This document shows positions 9,913 to 21,968 of a stretch of DNA of 64,000 bases, in pieces; within the stretch, counting starts at the first letter, position 1, and every line of letters begins with the position of its first letter. The position numbers and the translations under genes were made by a program. The notes beneath the pieces are model-generated. The model did not search any database, was not told the DNA's origin, and was given only the letters and a program-made list of their open reading frames with translations. Origin of the DNA: Patescibacteria group bacterium UBA3466 (lineage in GTDB: Bacteria > Patescibacteriota > Minisyncoccia > Phycocordibacterales > UBA918); NCBI GenBank assembly GCA_002378195.1, contig DFRJ01000003.1, forward strand, positions 32,879 to 96,878, written 5' to 3'.

Positions 9913-11130
9913 ATGCTCTTTAACTACAAAGCTGTCGACGCCAATAAAATTCAACGCGAAGGTACGGTTGAGGCTGGTTCTGTAGATGCGGCAATCACCG
10001 CAGTCCAAAGAAGGGGATACACTATAGTGTCGATTGACGAGGTTGGGGCCGAGGGCGGCTTTTCCAATCTGCTGAATATTCAGTTCACGATGTTTCAATC
10101 TGTATCCAATAAAGAGTTGGTTATTTTGTCACGTCAGATTGCTACTCTTTTTCAGGCTCAAGTGTCACCACTAAGAATCTTCAGTCTACTATCGGCTGAG
10201 GTGGAAAATGATCAGCTCAAGAGTGTAATGAATCAAATTGTCGAAGACCTGCAGGGTGGTAGCTCAATCTCAAAAGCCCTGTCTGCTCACCCGGCTATCT
10301 TTTCTTCATTTTACGTAAACCTAGTGAAGTCTGGTGAGGAGTCTGGTTCGCTAGAAAAATCTTTTGACTACTTGGCCGACTATCTCGACCGTCAGTATGA
10401 AGTGATTTCGAAGGCAAGGAACGCTCTCATTTACCCGGCGTTTGTGATCGCTATTTTCATTGGGGTAATGATTATGATGCTCACCTTGGTAATTCCTAAT
10501 ATTGCCAATATTCTGATTGATTCCGGACAAGAACTACCGATCTACACCAAGGTCGTCATTGGAATTTCTGATTTTCTAGTGAACTACATGGCGCTCCTTA
10601 TTATATTGGTGGCGGGGGCTGGCTTTGGCTACTGGCACTTCTCAAAGACCGATCTTGGTAAGCGAACGATTGATGAGTTTATGATTTCGGTACCGTATTT
10701 GGGCGACCTCAAGCGTAAGCTACTCCTGACCCGGATCTGTGACAACATGGCTACCATGCTGGGGAGCGGTATTTCAATTGTCCAAGCTCTAGAGGTGACA
10801 GCCGACGTGGTAGACAATGTAGTCTTTAAGGAAATTATTGAAGAGGCTCTGACTGAAGTGAAGGGTGGAAGATCTTTTGCTGACGCCATTTCTGAATATC
10901 CAGAAATTCCTGGAGTGCTAGCACAAATGGCCAAGGTGGGAGAGGAGACCGGTAGTCTAGGAAAAATCCTCACTACACTATCCAACTTTTACCGGCGCGA
11001 AGTTAATAACGCGGTCGACACCATGATTGGCCTTATCGAACCTGCCATGATTGTGGTGCTGGGTCTTGGGGTAGGGGTGTTACTCGCCTCAGTATTGATG
11101 CCGATCTACAACCTCTCAAGTTCGTTCTAG
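9913..11130 (+). CDS. pilC: type IV pilus platform protein PilC (GspF family)
   Basis: Duplicated GspF domains with three TM segments. Confidence 0.9.
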   Translation: MLFNYKAVDANKIQREGTVEAGSVDAAITAVQRRGYTIVSIDEVGAEGGFSNLLNIQFTMFQSVSNKELVILSRQIATLFQAQVSPLRIFSLLSAEVENDQLKSVMNQIVEDLQGGSSISKALSAHPAIFSSFYVNLVKSGEESGSLEKSFDYLADYLDRQYEVISKARNALIYPAFVIAIFIGVMIMMLTLVIPNIANILIDSGQELPIYTKVVIGISDFLVNYMALLIILVAGAGFGYWHFSKTDLGKRTIDEFMISVPYLGDLKRKLLLTRICDNMATMLGSGISIVQALEVTADVVDNVVFKEIIEEALTEVKGGRSFADAISEYPEIPGVLAQMAKVGEETGSLGKILTTLSNFYRREVNNAVDTMIGLIEPAMIVVLGLGVGVLLASVLMPIYNLSSSF

Positions 11131-11211
11131 GTTGAGTCGTTGTCCCCAACTAAACATACGTAAATAGTGGTATCACCGTATAATAAAGTCAGCCTTGTAC
11201 AACAAGAGCTG

Positions 11212-11246
11212 CTCATTTCAGATACACAGCTGATATCTGAAATGAG
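11212..11246 (+). promoter_or_regulatory. perfect 13-bp inverted repeat in the pilin 5' UTR (ctcatttcagata...tatctgaaatgag)
   Basis: Lies 28 nt upstream of the pilin ATG and downstream of a TATAAT box at 11179-11184. Confidence 0.5.
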
Positions 11247-11273
11247 TATTAACGAAATAATATTTAATCAAAT

Positions 11274-11750
11274 ATGAAAAAGACTCTACAACGAGGTTTC
11301 ACACTAATCGAACTTCTCGTAGTAATCGCTATTATCGGTATTTTGGCGGCAGTGGTACTCGCATCTCTTAACGACGCGCGAGACGGTGGTCAAGACGCTT
11401 CAATCAAGCAATCAATTGGAAACGCTCGTTCACAAGCTGAGCTCGTGTATAACCAAGATGGATTTACTTACGCAGGTGTATGTGCTAGTCAGCCAATTCA
11501 AGATTTGATGCAGGCGGCAGTTGACAACCGAGCTGAAACAACAGCCATCGAAGATGATGATGTTGGAACTGCTACAGAAGTGACTTGTGCTAACACTGCT
11601 GCAGGTTATGGTATTGAAGCTCCATTGAACATCCCTGCGCCAGATGCAAGTGTGCAGATGTGGTGTGTTGACTCAACTGGTTTTGCGGGAACGACAACTC
11701 CTGGATCAATTGATGCTACAGCAGCAGCTGAAGATGTAACGTGTAACTAA
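11274..11750 (+). CDS. pilA: type IV major pilin (class III signal peptide)
   Basis: KRGFTLIELLVVIAIIGILAAV prepilin leader with G/F cleavage site and Glu at mature position 5. Confidence 0.85.
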   Translation: MKKTLQRGFTLIELLVVIAIIGILAAVVLASLNDARDGGQDASIKQSIGNARSQAELVYNQDGFTYAGVCASQPIQDLMQAAVDNRAETTAIEDDDVGTATEVTCANTAAGYGIEAPLNIPAPDASVQMWCVDSTGFAGTTTPGSIDATAAAEDVTCN

Positions 11751-11770
11751 AGTATCACTTTTAGTTGACA

Positions 11771-11798
11771 AAAAAGCGCCTTGGGCGCTTTTTTTGTT
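11771..11798 (+). terminator. intrinsic terminator after pilin gene
   Basis: aaaaagcgcc ttg ggcgcttttttt. Confidence 0.75.
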
Positions 11799-11845
11799 TA
11801 TTAGTAATTATGAGAATAGTATTGTCGCGTTATAATAATGGAGAC

Positions 11846-12256
11846 ATGAAGCGACAAAAAGGATTTACTATTATTGAGCTATTGACCGTAATTACTATTA
11901 TCGGCATCTTGGCCGCAGTGATATTGGGTGCCTTAGGGGACGCTCGTAACGAGGGTATTGGGGCAAAAATTATTTCGGAGATGGATGCTATCTCCAAGCG
12001 AGCCGAGATAGAGAGTGTGACCACTGGTACCTACGATGCCGTGTGTGGCTCTAACGGCTTTGCTACCTCGACGGTGATCGCTGGTATTATTGATTCGATC
12101 AATTCTTTAGCTTCTAGTACGTTGGTATGCAACAGTACTACTTCTGAATATGCGATGTCGGCTCCAGTTCAGGCGGTGCACTGGTGTATAGACAGTACCG
12201 GGCAAAGAAAAGAGATTGGGGCCGAGTTGGGAGGAGGAGTGTTTGTGTGTCCGTAG
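11846..12256 (+). CDS. second type IV pilin
   Basis: MKRQKGFTIIELLTVITIIGILAAV. Start chosen downstream of the terminator. Own TATAAT at about 11825 and a GGAGA RBS. Confidence 0.75.
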   Translation: MKRQKGFTIIELLTVITIIGILAAVILGALGDARNEGIGAKIISEMDAISKRAEIESVTTGTYDAVCGSNGFATSTVIAGIIDSINSLASSTLVCNSTTSEYAMSAPVQAVHWCIDSTGQRKEIGAELGGGVFVCP

Positions 12257-12259
12257 TAT

Positions 12260-13093
12260 ATGATTTTGCTCGATCAGTTTTTACCGCTTGGCCCGATCAT
12301 GGGCGTTATTGCGTTTGGCTTTGGGGTCATTATCGGTAGTTTTCTCAATGTCTATATTTACCGGTTTCATACCGGCAAATCGCTGTCTGGGCACTCACAC
12401 TGTTTGTCGTGCGGAGGTAGACTCAAGTGGTATGACCTGTTTCCGCTATTGTCATTTTTAATTCTACGTGGACGTTGTCGGCACTGTAGTTGTCTGATTA
12501 CCACGCGGTACTTCTGGGTTGAGCTGGTGACAGGCTTATTATTTATGTTGACCCTACTTCTTACTACTGATCTACTGCTAGTTCTGTTGTGGTGGGTTGT
12601 CTTGTCTATTTTGGTGGTGATCACTGTCTATGATCTTAATCACTTTGTGATACCAGACGCACTGACGGCTGCATTGGTGGTTTTGGCTGGTGTGATGCTG
12701 GGGTATAAGTATTTTTATTATGTAGCTGACTGGCAGTACATTGCTCTTACGGTGCTTACGCCTTTACTGGGGGTTTTATTTTTCTTCGGCTTATGGTTTT
12801 TCTCCAAGGGAAAATGGATTGGTTTTGGGGATGTGAAGTTAGCGTTTCCGCTTGGTCTGCTGGTAGGGCCGGCGGCAGTTTTCTCTTTTGTAGTGTTGTC
12901 TTTCTGGATTGGAGCGGCCATCAGTTTACTTATCATTGCCTATACTAGATGGAGCAGGGGAAAATATCGCTTACATTTAGAAGGTCGAGCCCTTACAATG
13001 AAGAGTGAGGTGCCGTTCGCTCCTTTTTTGGTCCTGAGCTGCCTCATAATTCTTTTTACACACTTTGATGTTTTGGAAATTTTCCGTTTCTAA
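12260..13093 (+). CDS. pilD: prepilin peptidase PilD (A24 family)
   Basis: CLSCGGRLKWYDLFP...CRHC zinc-binding tetracysteine and GFGDVKL catalytic-Asp region. Confidence 0.85.
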   Translation: MILLDQFLPLGPIMGVIAFGFGVIIGSFLNVYIYRFHTGKSLSGHSHCLSCGGRLKWYDLFPLLSFLILRGRCRHCSCLITTRYFWVELVTGLLFMLTLLLTTDLLLVLLWWVVLSILVVITVYDLNHFVIPDALTAALVVLAGVMLGYKYFYYVADWQYIALTVLTPLLGVLFFFGLWFFSKGKWIGFGDVKLAFPLGLLVGPAAVFSFVVLSFWIGAAISLLIIAYTRWSRGKYRLHLEGRALTMKSEVPFAPFLVLSCLIILFTHFDVLEIFRF

Positions 13094-13658
13094 TAGAGCT
13101 AATCCGACCAAACAATCTGGCTTTGGCTTGATTGAGTTGATGGTGAGTATCAGCATCATGATTTTGGTGGTCAGTATTGTGGTAACAGGTCAAAGTTCCT
13201 TCAATAGTTCTGTGCTATTACGTAGTGAAGCCTACGATATCGCTCTTCGAATACGTGAGGTGCAGCTAAATGCGGTGAGTGCCAGTAGTGACGGTTCCAA
13301 CGATTTTCGCTCGGTTTTAGGAGTGCACTTTGATGAGACGACCAACAATCAGCGTTTTGCGGTCTTTAAAGATAGCGACGGAGATAATTATTACGACGGG
13401 GTTGGTGAACAGTTTGATATACAAGGAGTGATTAACCCTCGCTTCGTGGTGTCTGATATTAGAGAGGTCGGTGGCACGACGGCAACTCCAGACGAGTTGT
13501 CGATTGTGTTTGAGCGCCCTAACTTTGACGCCAAGTTTTTTGATAGTCCAGGAAACGAATTGACTGGTAGTGCAGTGCAGATTGATCTGCAAGAGATCGA
13601 TACGGGTGATGTGCGTACTATTGAAGTAACGGCTACTGGCCAGATCGGAGTTATATAA
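13065..13658 (+). CDS. minor pilin-like protein
   Basis: QSGFGLIELMVSISIMILVV prepilin-type N-terminus. Confidence 0.6.
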   Translation: MMFWKFSVSNRANPTKQSGFGLIELMVSISIMILVVSIVVTGQSSFNSSVLLRSEAYDIALRIREVQLNAVSASSDGSNDFRSVLGVHFDETTNNQRFAVFKDSDGDNYYDGVGEQFDIQGVINPRFVVSDIREVGGTTATPDELSIVFERPNFDAKFFDSPGNELTGSAVQIDLQEIDTGDVRTIEVTATGQIGVI

Positions 13659-13660
13659 AT

Positions 13661-14326
13661 ATGAAAAATTACCACTCAACACAAAAAGGATTTACTCTAA
13701 TCGAAATGATCGTATCTTTGGCGGTATTTTCCACTGTGATCACTATTGCGGTGGGAGCACTACTGATGCTTATCGGTACCAATCAAAGACTGCAGGACGA
13801 ACAAACAGTCATGACTAACTTGTCGTTTGCTTTAGACAGTATGACGCGTGAGATTCGAACCGGCACCAATTACTACTGTCTTTCAGATGATGATATTGAT
13901 GGAGGTGGTGCGGGCCAACGTATTTTTGAAGATGGAGAAGATTTGGATTTTTCACCAACTCAGGATTGCGTGGATGGAAATAATGACTCTTCCCCAAGAC
14001 GTTATCACGGTATGTCTTTTGTCGAGTCGGGGCAGAGTATTACTGAAGTCGCCAATACTAGGATTGCTTACTTTGTTGATTTAACGTCAGGAATTATGTA
14101 TCGCCGGATTAGCGGTCAGGCAGCCGAGCAAATTACTTCCTCAGGTTTGGAAGTGGTACACGCTGAATTTTTTGTCACTGGTAGTACTAGATTGGTAGAC
14201 GGCGGGGCCGGCGCAGACAAGCAGCCAACTGTTACAATTGTATTGGAGGCCAGAGACCGTACATCGGAGTCGGGTGAGACATATCATGTGCAAACCACCG
14301 TAACGCAACGATCCGCTGATTTATGA
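13661..14326 (+). CDS. minor pilin-like protein
   Basis: QKGFTLIEMIVSLAVFS prepilin-type N-terminus. Confidence 0.65.
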   Translation: MKNYHSTQKGFTLIEMIVSLAVFSTVITIAVGALLMLIGTNQRLQDEQTVMTNLSFALDSMTREIRTGTNYYCLSDDDIDGGGAGQRIFEDGEDLDFSPTQDCVDGNNDSSPRRYHGMSFVESGQSITEVANTRIAYFVDLTSGIMYRRISGQAAEQITSSGLEVVHAEFFVTGSTRLVDGGAGADKQPTVTIVLEARDRTSESGETYHVQTTVTQRSADL

Positions 14327-14905
14327 AATACTACACATCAACACAATCTGGTTTTAGTTTAGTCGAGACTCTGGTGGCGATCACGATTTTGTTGGTGGTG
14401 ATTGTTGGTCCAATGACTATCAGTACATCGACGGCACGCAGTACCAGTTTTGCTAGTGAAAAAGTGACTGCCTTTTTCTTGGCACAGGAGGGAGCGGAGC
14501 TCGTGCAGAAGGTGCGAGACGATTTAATACTTGAGGCTTTTAATACTGGCTCAGCACCCCAAGGTAACTGGGAAATATTCTCTGGCGTTATACCAGGTAG
14601 TCCAGTCTCTACTTGCTACAACGCCGATGGTTGCGGTATTCATCTCAATACAGATGCAGATGCGTCCATTAATGTCGTGTCGTGTGCCTCAGCAGCGAAC
14701 TGCCGACTTTATCTAGACGATTCTAGTACTAGAGCGCGTTTTACTCACTCTTCCCTGGGAGGCAATGAGTCTACTTTATACACCCGAGCAATCACTCTGA
14801 CGCGGTCAGGTAGTAATGATCAGGTTCAGGTTGTATCTACGGTGACTTGGCGGTCAGGTAATTTGGCGGAAGAGCAGCAAGTGTCGGTAGAAACTTTTTT
14901 ACATA

Positions 14906-14922
<17 letters not shown>
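14323..14922 (+). CDS. minor pilin-like protein
   Basis: QSGFSLVETLVAITILLVV prepilin-type N-terminus. Confidence 0.65.
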
Positions 14923-17559
<2,637 letters not shown>

Positions 17560-17575
17560 TATTAATTAGAGTGGT

Positions 17576-17881
17576 ATGCTAAGCACCATGAAAAAGGAAG
17601 ATATTGAGCATCTGGCCTCTCTAGCCAGAATAAAATTAACAGAAGAAGAAAAGGAGGGTTTGGTTGGAGATCTCTCTAGTATTGTGTCTTACGTTAGTGA
17701 GGTGAGCGAGATTGCTTCCGACGATATCGATAGTCAGCCGCAGGTTGGTCCGAGATTTAATGTGTTTCGGGCTGATGAGGTGACTAATGAAGCTGATGAG
17801 TATACTCAAGATGTCCTCAATGAAATGCCAGACACAGATGGTCGATTTATGAAAGTGAAGAAAATTCTTAAAGCTGAATAA
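17576..17881 (+). CDS. gatC: Asp/Glu-tRNA amidotransferase subunit C
   Basis: Small protein with EDIEHLASLARIKLTEEEKE GatC signature. Immediately upstream of gatA. Confidence 0.8.
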   Translation: MLSTMKKEDIEHLASLARIKLTEEEKEGLVGDLSSIVSYVSEVSEIASDDIDSQPQVGPRFNVFRADEVTNEADEYTQDVLNEMPDTDGRFMKVKKILKAE

Positions 17882-17883
17882 TC

Positions 17884-19299
17884 ATGCATACTGTTAAAGA
17901 ACTGAGAGAAAAGTATATTGCTGGTGAACTAACACCGTCTGGTGTGGTGGCAGAAGCGCTCGACAACATCAAGAAGCTCAATCCAGAAATAAATGCGTAC
18001 TTGCATATTTACGATGATGCCGTCGAAGCCGCCAAAGAAGCGGATGCTCTATATAAAGAAAAAGGGGCTGATACACCGAGCTTATTGGGTGTGCCGGTGG
18101 CTGTCAAAAATAATATTTTGATCAAGGGCAAAAAAGCGACCGGAGCATCAAAGATTCTTGAAAATTATACCGCTGTCTATGACGCAACTATTATTGAAAA
18201 GCTGCGCGCGGAAGGTGCTATTTTTGTCGGTTCAACCAACTTAGATGAGTTTGCGATGGGAGGTTCAACCGAGAATTCTGCCTTCGGTATTACTAAAAAT
18301 CCGGTTGATCCAGAGCGAGTGCCTGGTGGTTCGTCTGGTGGGTCTGCAGCAGCTGTGGCCATGGGTTCAGTGCCGGTAGCTATTGGTACTGATACAGGAG
18401 GCTCGGTGCGGCAACCAGCTAGCTACTGTGGAGTAGTGGGATATAAGCCGACCTACGGGGCAGTGTCTCGTTATGGTCTGATGGCAATGGGTTCTTCACT
18501 GGATCAGGCTGGTCCACTCACAAATACCGTGGCTGATGCAGAGATGGTTCACAATATTATGTCTGGACTGGATAAGATGGATGGGACCACAATTGCGGAT
18601 GATACTTATCCAAAGCTAGAGACCAAAGATAAATATACTTTTGGGGTGCCAAAAGATTTTCTAAAAGAGGGTGTCGACGAAGATGTCTTGAGTGCATTTA
18701 ATGCACACGTCGAAAGTCTAAAAGCGGCCGGACACGAGGTGGTAGAAGTAGAGTTACCTTTGTTTGAAAAAGGCTTAGCCGCCTATTACATTGTAATGCC
18801 AGCTGAAGTGTCTTCTAATCTGGCTCGTTATGATGGAATCCGTTACGGCTTGTCAGCTGAGGGTGATGATTTGCTGGATGTGTACGAGCAGTCTAGAGCT
18901 GAAGGATTTGGTCCTGAGGTGAAGCGTAGAATCTTGCTCGGTACCCACGTGTTGTCGTCGGGCTACTATGATGCCTATTATGGTAAAGCAGAGCTGGCTC
19001 GTAAGAAAATGCGAGAGGAACTGGCAGAAGTGTTTGCTGGAGTCGATTTTATCATTACTCCAACCGCTCCAACTCCGGCCTTTAAGATTGGGGAGAATGA
19101 AGATCCGTTATCTATCTACAAACAAGATATCTTTACTGTACCAGTTAATCTAACTGGTGTGCCAGCTATTTCATTCCCGATGGGAACAGTGGAACGAGAC
19201 GGAAAGGAATTGCCGGTTGGGGTACAATATATTGGACCACACGGTGGTGACGCTCGATTGTTTGATGTTGGTAAAGCAGTATACGACGAGCAGAAATAG
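17884..19299 (+). CDS. gatA: Asp/Glu-tRNA amidotransferase subunit A (amidase)
   Basis: Amidase signature GGSSGGSAAAVA and Ser-cisSer-Lys triad context. Confidence 0.9.
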   Translation: MHTVKELREKYIAGELTPSGVVAEALDNIKKLNPEINAYLHIYDDAVEAAKEADALYKEKGADTPSLLGVPVAVKNNILIKGKKATGASKILENYTAVYDATIIEKLRAEGAIFVGSTNLDEFAMGGSTENSAFGITKNPVDPERVPGGSSGGSAAAVAMGSVPVAIGTDTGGSVRQPASYCGVVGYKPTYGAVSRYGLMAMGSSLDQAGPLTNTVADAEMVHNIMSGLDKMDGTTIADDTYPKLETKDKYTFGVPKDFLKEGVDEDVLSAFNAHVESLKAAGHEVVEVELPLFEKGLAAYYIVMPAEVSSNLARYDGIRYGLSAEGDDLLDVYEQSRAEGFGPEVKRRILLGTHVLSSGYYDAYYGKAELARKKMREELAEVFAGVDFIITPTAPTPAFKIGENEDPLSIYKQDIFTVPVNLTGVPAISFPMGTVERDGKELPVGVQYIGPHGGDARLFDVGKAVYDEQK

Positions 19300-19335
19300 G
19301 AGCTGATCAAACTAAGAAGGTCAGTTTCAGAAACT

Positions 19336-19986
19336 ATGGAACCTGATCCAATTGAAATTTCTACTGAAGGGAGCTCGCTTGTAGCTACCACTAGTCCACT
19401 ACCTGAGGTGGGTGGGTTTGATATCTTTGCTTATCTGGGTTCATTGTTTGGAAATAGTGAGACATTTGCTAGTTTGACCACCGGCAGTGGTTTTATGAGT
19501 TTTTTAGCTAGTCTGTGGTTGACTGTTGCGATCATTTCTTCCATCTTTTCAATCTTTTTTTTGGTTATTTACGTTTTTGCTTCCATGCGACGAACACTTT
19601 ATCTGGGACTCTTGGCTCAAGAGACAGTTGACCAAGAAGAATTGTGGGCGCAGTTGTACGGACAGCGGTCAGAAAATAATCGTATTAAGAGTGTTTTGGC
19701 AAACGCAGCTTCGAGTAACCCGAATGATTGGAAATTGGCGATTATTGAAGCTGATATAATTTTAGATGAGACGCTGAAAGAGAGGGGTTTCGTGGGGGAT
19801 TCATTGGGTGAGAGGTTGAAGTCGGTATCGGCTAACCAGCTTGCATCAATCGGCGATGCTTGGGAAGCGCACAAGGTTAGAAATAATATTGCGCACAAAG
19901 GCGCAGACTTTGTTCTCACTAAGAGACTGGTAGACGAAACAATCGGTCGTTACCAAAGAGTTTTTAAAGAGTTTGGATTGATGTAG
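19336..19986 (+). CDS. hypothetical membrane protein
   Basis: Long ORF, one strong TM helix (LWLTVAIISSIFSIFFLVIYVF). No recognisable motif. Confidence 0.35.
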   Translation: MEPDPIEISTEGSSLVATTSPLPEVGGFDIFAYLGSLFGNSETFASLTTGSGFMSFLASLWLTVAIISSIFSIFFLVIYVFASMRRTLYLGLLAQETVDQEELWAQLYGQRSENNRIKSVLANAASSNPNDWKLAIIEADIILDETLKERGFVGDSLGERLKSVSANQLASIGDAWEAHKVRNNIAHKGADFVLTKRLVDETIGRYQRVFKEFGLM

Positions 19987-20041
19987 TTGCTAATCTGAGC
20001 TAAATAGTGTATTTTCTATACCTACTGATTCGCTCAGAAAC

Positions 20042-20096
20042 AGCGGGGTGGAGGAGAGGTACCGAGCGGAAAGATTATCTGACTCATAACCTCCCG
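20042..20096 (+). repeat. partial 5' copy of tRNA-Met (acceptor-5' and D-arm 22/22 nt identical, then a degenerate anticodon-arm)
   Basis: agcggggtggaggagaggtacc is identical to the first 22 nt of the tRNA at 20138. ctcataacctcc recurs. Confidence 0.5.
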
Positions 20097-20137
20097 GGGT
20101 TTCGCTAAAGAGGGAGTAGAAGTAAAAAATAATATCC

Positions 20138-20208
20138 AGCGGGGTGGAGGAGAGGTACCTCGGGAGGCTCATAACCTCCAGACCCCGGTTCGATTCCGGG
20201 CCCCGCAA
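20138..20208 (+). tRNA. tRNA-Met (anticodon CAT)
   Basis: Manual cloverleaf fold. D-stem gagg/cctc, anticodon stem ggagg/cctcc with loop ctCATaa, T-arm cccgg-ttcgatt-ccggg, A73. Position 1:72 is an A:A mismatch. Confidence 0.8.
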
Positions 20209-20210
20209 CA

Positions 20211-20250
20211 AATACAAATAAGACCAGCTTCGGCTGGTCTTATTTGTATT
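20211..20250 (+). terminator. terminator hairpin after tRNA
   Basis: aaatacaaataagaccagc ttcg gctggtcttatttgtatt. Confidence 0.7.
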
Positions 20251-20408
20251 ATGAATGCGGAGGCTAGAGAGCCAACTGCTTGGCTCTCGTCGGAATCGAA
20301 CGGTCGGAGCGGTGTGAGTTTACGAACGAGCGAGACGGGGTCGAGAGTACTTACTAGAATTAGAGCGAAGCGAATTATTATAGTTAGTAACTCGTGACTC
20401 GATTCCGG
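20251..20408 (+). repeat. tRNA-associated structured repeat, copy A
   Basis: About 90% identical over about 97 nt to 23967-24070. Hairpin at 20266-20287. Left part cggaatcgaac is the reverse complement of the tRNA-Met T-loop. Ends with tcgattccgg (20399-20408), a direct copy of that T-arm. Confidence 0.55.
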
Positions 20409-20549
20409 TTGCTACAGAACCAGTACACCTTTTGGAAATTGAAATTTCTCAAAAGGTTTTACAAAAACTTCCCAAGTTTTTTCACCCCGCAACAAGTTAA
20501 CAAAAGGTCGCGAGCAAAGCTCGCGACCTTTTGCTATAATCCAAGCCAT

Positions 20550-21278
20550 ATGCAATGTGTAATTCTAGCGGCCGGAAAAGGAAGTCGCCTAAAACCTTTA
20601 ACAGAAAATACTCCAAAGCCACTAGTAAAAGTAGCTGACAAATCTTTGCTCGACCACATCGTTGAAGCGCTTCCGAGCGCTGTCGATAGCCTCATTATCG
20701 TGACTGGCTACTTAGAAGACCAAATTCGTGACCATTGTGGCGATGAATTTCATGGTCGTAAAGTAACTTACGTGCACCAGGAAGAGCAGAAAGGTACAGC
20801 TCACGCACTCTGGCTGTGTAAGGAGCACTTGATCGGTAAAGGACGTTTTTTGTTTATGTATGCCGATGATCTTCATGGTGCTCAAGATATAGCGAGAGCT
20901 ACTTCGTACTCTCGTTCTATGCTAACGCTGACTACCAATAATCCAGAAAAGTTTGGTATTGTAGTGCGTCATCCTGACGGTACCCTAGCAGAAATGATAG
21001 AAAAACCAGAACATCCGCCTTCAAACCTAGCGTCGACCGGAGTGATGGTGCTTGATGATAATATCTTTAAGTTTGACCCTTACGCAAAGATGACCAAGGG
21101 AGAGTACTACCTAACCGACGTGATTGCTGAGTATGCTCGAGAATATCCGATTGCGGTGGTAGAGCAGGGGTTGTGGATTCCGATAGCTTATCCGGAAGAC
21201 ATTGAAAGAGCGGAAGAGATTTTAGAATCTTTCAAAGGTACTATTGGAGGAAATGTATTGAAGCAAACGACAAAATAG
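20550..21278 (+). CDS. sugar-phosphate nucleotidyltransferase
   Basis: MQCVILAAGKGSRLKPLT...KPLV motif. Start chosen at the ATG preceded by a TATAAT box. The ORF track extension 20394-20549 overlaps the repeat. Confidence 0.7.
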   Translation: MQCVILAAGKGSRLKPLTENTPKPLVKVADKSLLDHIVEALPSAVDSLIIVTGYLEDQIRDHCGDEFHGRKVTYVHQEEQKGTAHALWLCKEHLIGKGRFLFMYADDLHGAQDIARATSYSRSMLTLTTNNPEKFGIVVRHPDGTLAEMIEKPEHPPSNLASTGVMVLDDNIFKFDPYAKMTKGEYYLTDVIAEYAREYPIAVVEQGLWIPIAYPEDIERAEEILESFKGTIGGNVLKQTTK

Positions 21279-21306
21279 TGTACTCTAGCGCCACACAGAG
21301 GAAATA

Positions 21307-21330
21307 ACTTTCCTCATTTGCTGATGTAAG
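21307..21330 (+). repeat. upstream partial copy of tRNA 5' flank (tcctcatttgctgatgtaag)
   Basis: Near-identical to 21391-21410, which spans the promoter-proximal sequence and the first nucleotides of the tRNA at 21400. Confidence 0.4.
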
Positions 21331-21399
21331 CAAAGCTTGCCTCAGCGGCATTCGGAACTAGAATATAAAAGTTAACTTTGATATTCTGATTCCTCATTT

Positions 21400-21473
21400 G
21401 CTGACGTAGCTCAGTTGGTTAGAGCGTAGGACTCATAAACCTAAGGTCGGAGGTTCAATTCCTCCCGTCAGCA
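21400..21473 (+). tRNA. tRNA with CAT anticodon (Met, or Ile2 if lysidinylated)
   Basis: Manual fold. gctgacg acceptor, D-arm gctc/gagc, loop ctCATaa, T-arm ggagg-ttcaatt-cctcc, 3' acceptor cgtcagc, A73. Confidence 0.8.
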
Positions 21474-21506
21474 CAAGAAAATCCCTCCGGGGATTTTTTG
21501 TTGACG
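21474..21506 (+). terminator. terminator hairpin
   Basis: aaaatccctccggggatttttt. Confidence 0.7.
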
Positions 21507-21605
21507 GAGTAAGTGCTGGGAGCACTTACGTGGGGAGTTGAAAAGGTTGCCAGTTAGTTTTGAACGAAGTGAGAAAACTAACGACAACCTGTACTGAACC
21601 TGTAA

Positions 21606-21656
21606 GGTTCAATTCCTCCCGTCAGCACAAGAAAATCCCTTCGGGGATTTTTTGCT
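21606..21656 (+). repeat. direct duplicate of the tRNA 3' half plus its terminator
   Basis: ggttcaattcctcccgtcagcacaagaaaatccc(t)tcggggattttttg matches 21451-21500 with one change. Separated from the tRNA by a 100-nt spacer that contains its own hairpins. Confidence 0.6.
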
Positions 21657-21677
21657 GACTGTTGGTATAATAATCTT

Positions 21678-21905
21678 ATGAATGCAACAACCATTATCGG
21701 AATTATCGGAGCATCTCTTATCCTTGTAGCATTTATTTTAAATCAAACAGGGGAGTGGTCGAAAGACTCGTTCTCATATGACCTTGTGAATGCTGTCGGG
21801 TCAGCTGTATTAATTTACTACGCCTACTTACTTACCAGCTACCCGTTTATGGTTTTAAACGGAGTGTGGTTCGTAATTTCATTTAAAGATTTGCTGAGAA
21901 GGTAG
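21678..21905 (+). CDS. small membrane protein
   Basis: 75 aa with two predicted TM helices. Confidence 0.3.
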   Translation: MNATTIIGIIGASLILVAFILNQTGEWSKDSFSYDLVNAVGSAVLIYYAYLLTSYPFMVLNGVWFVISFKDLLRR

Positions 21906-21968
21906 ATACAATTAATACACATAAAAATGACAAAGCCGCTGTTAAGCGGCTGTAGAAAGTTGTCCCGG

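Noticed and set aside
19990-20217. Minus-strand 75-aa ORF with an internal RYLSSTPL repeat
   Set aside because: It lies entirely over tRNA-Met and its upstream partial copy. The peptide repeat is simply the translated DNA duplication.
20394-20549. N-terminal extension of the nucleotidyltransferase ORF
   Set aside because: The extension overlaps the tRNA-associated repeat and the T-arm copy. A TATAAT box precedes the internal ATG at 20550.
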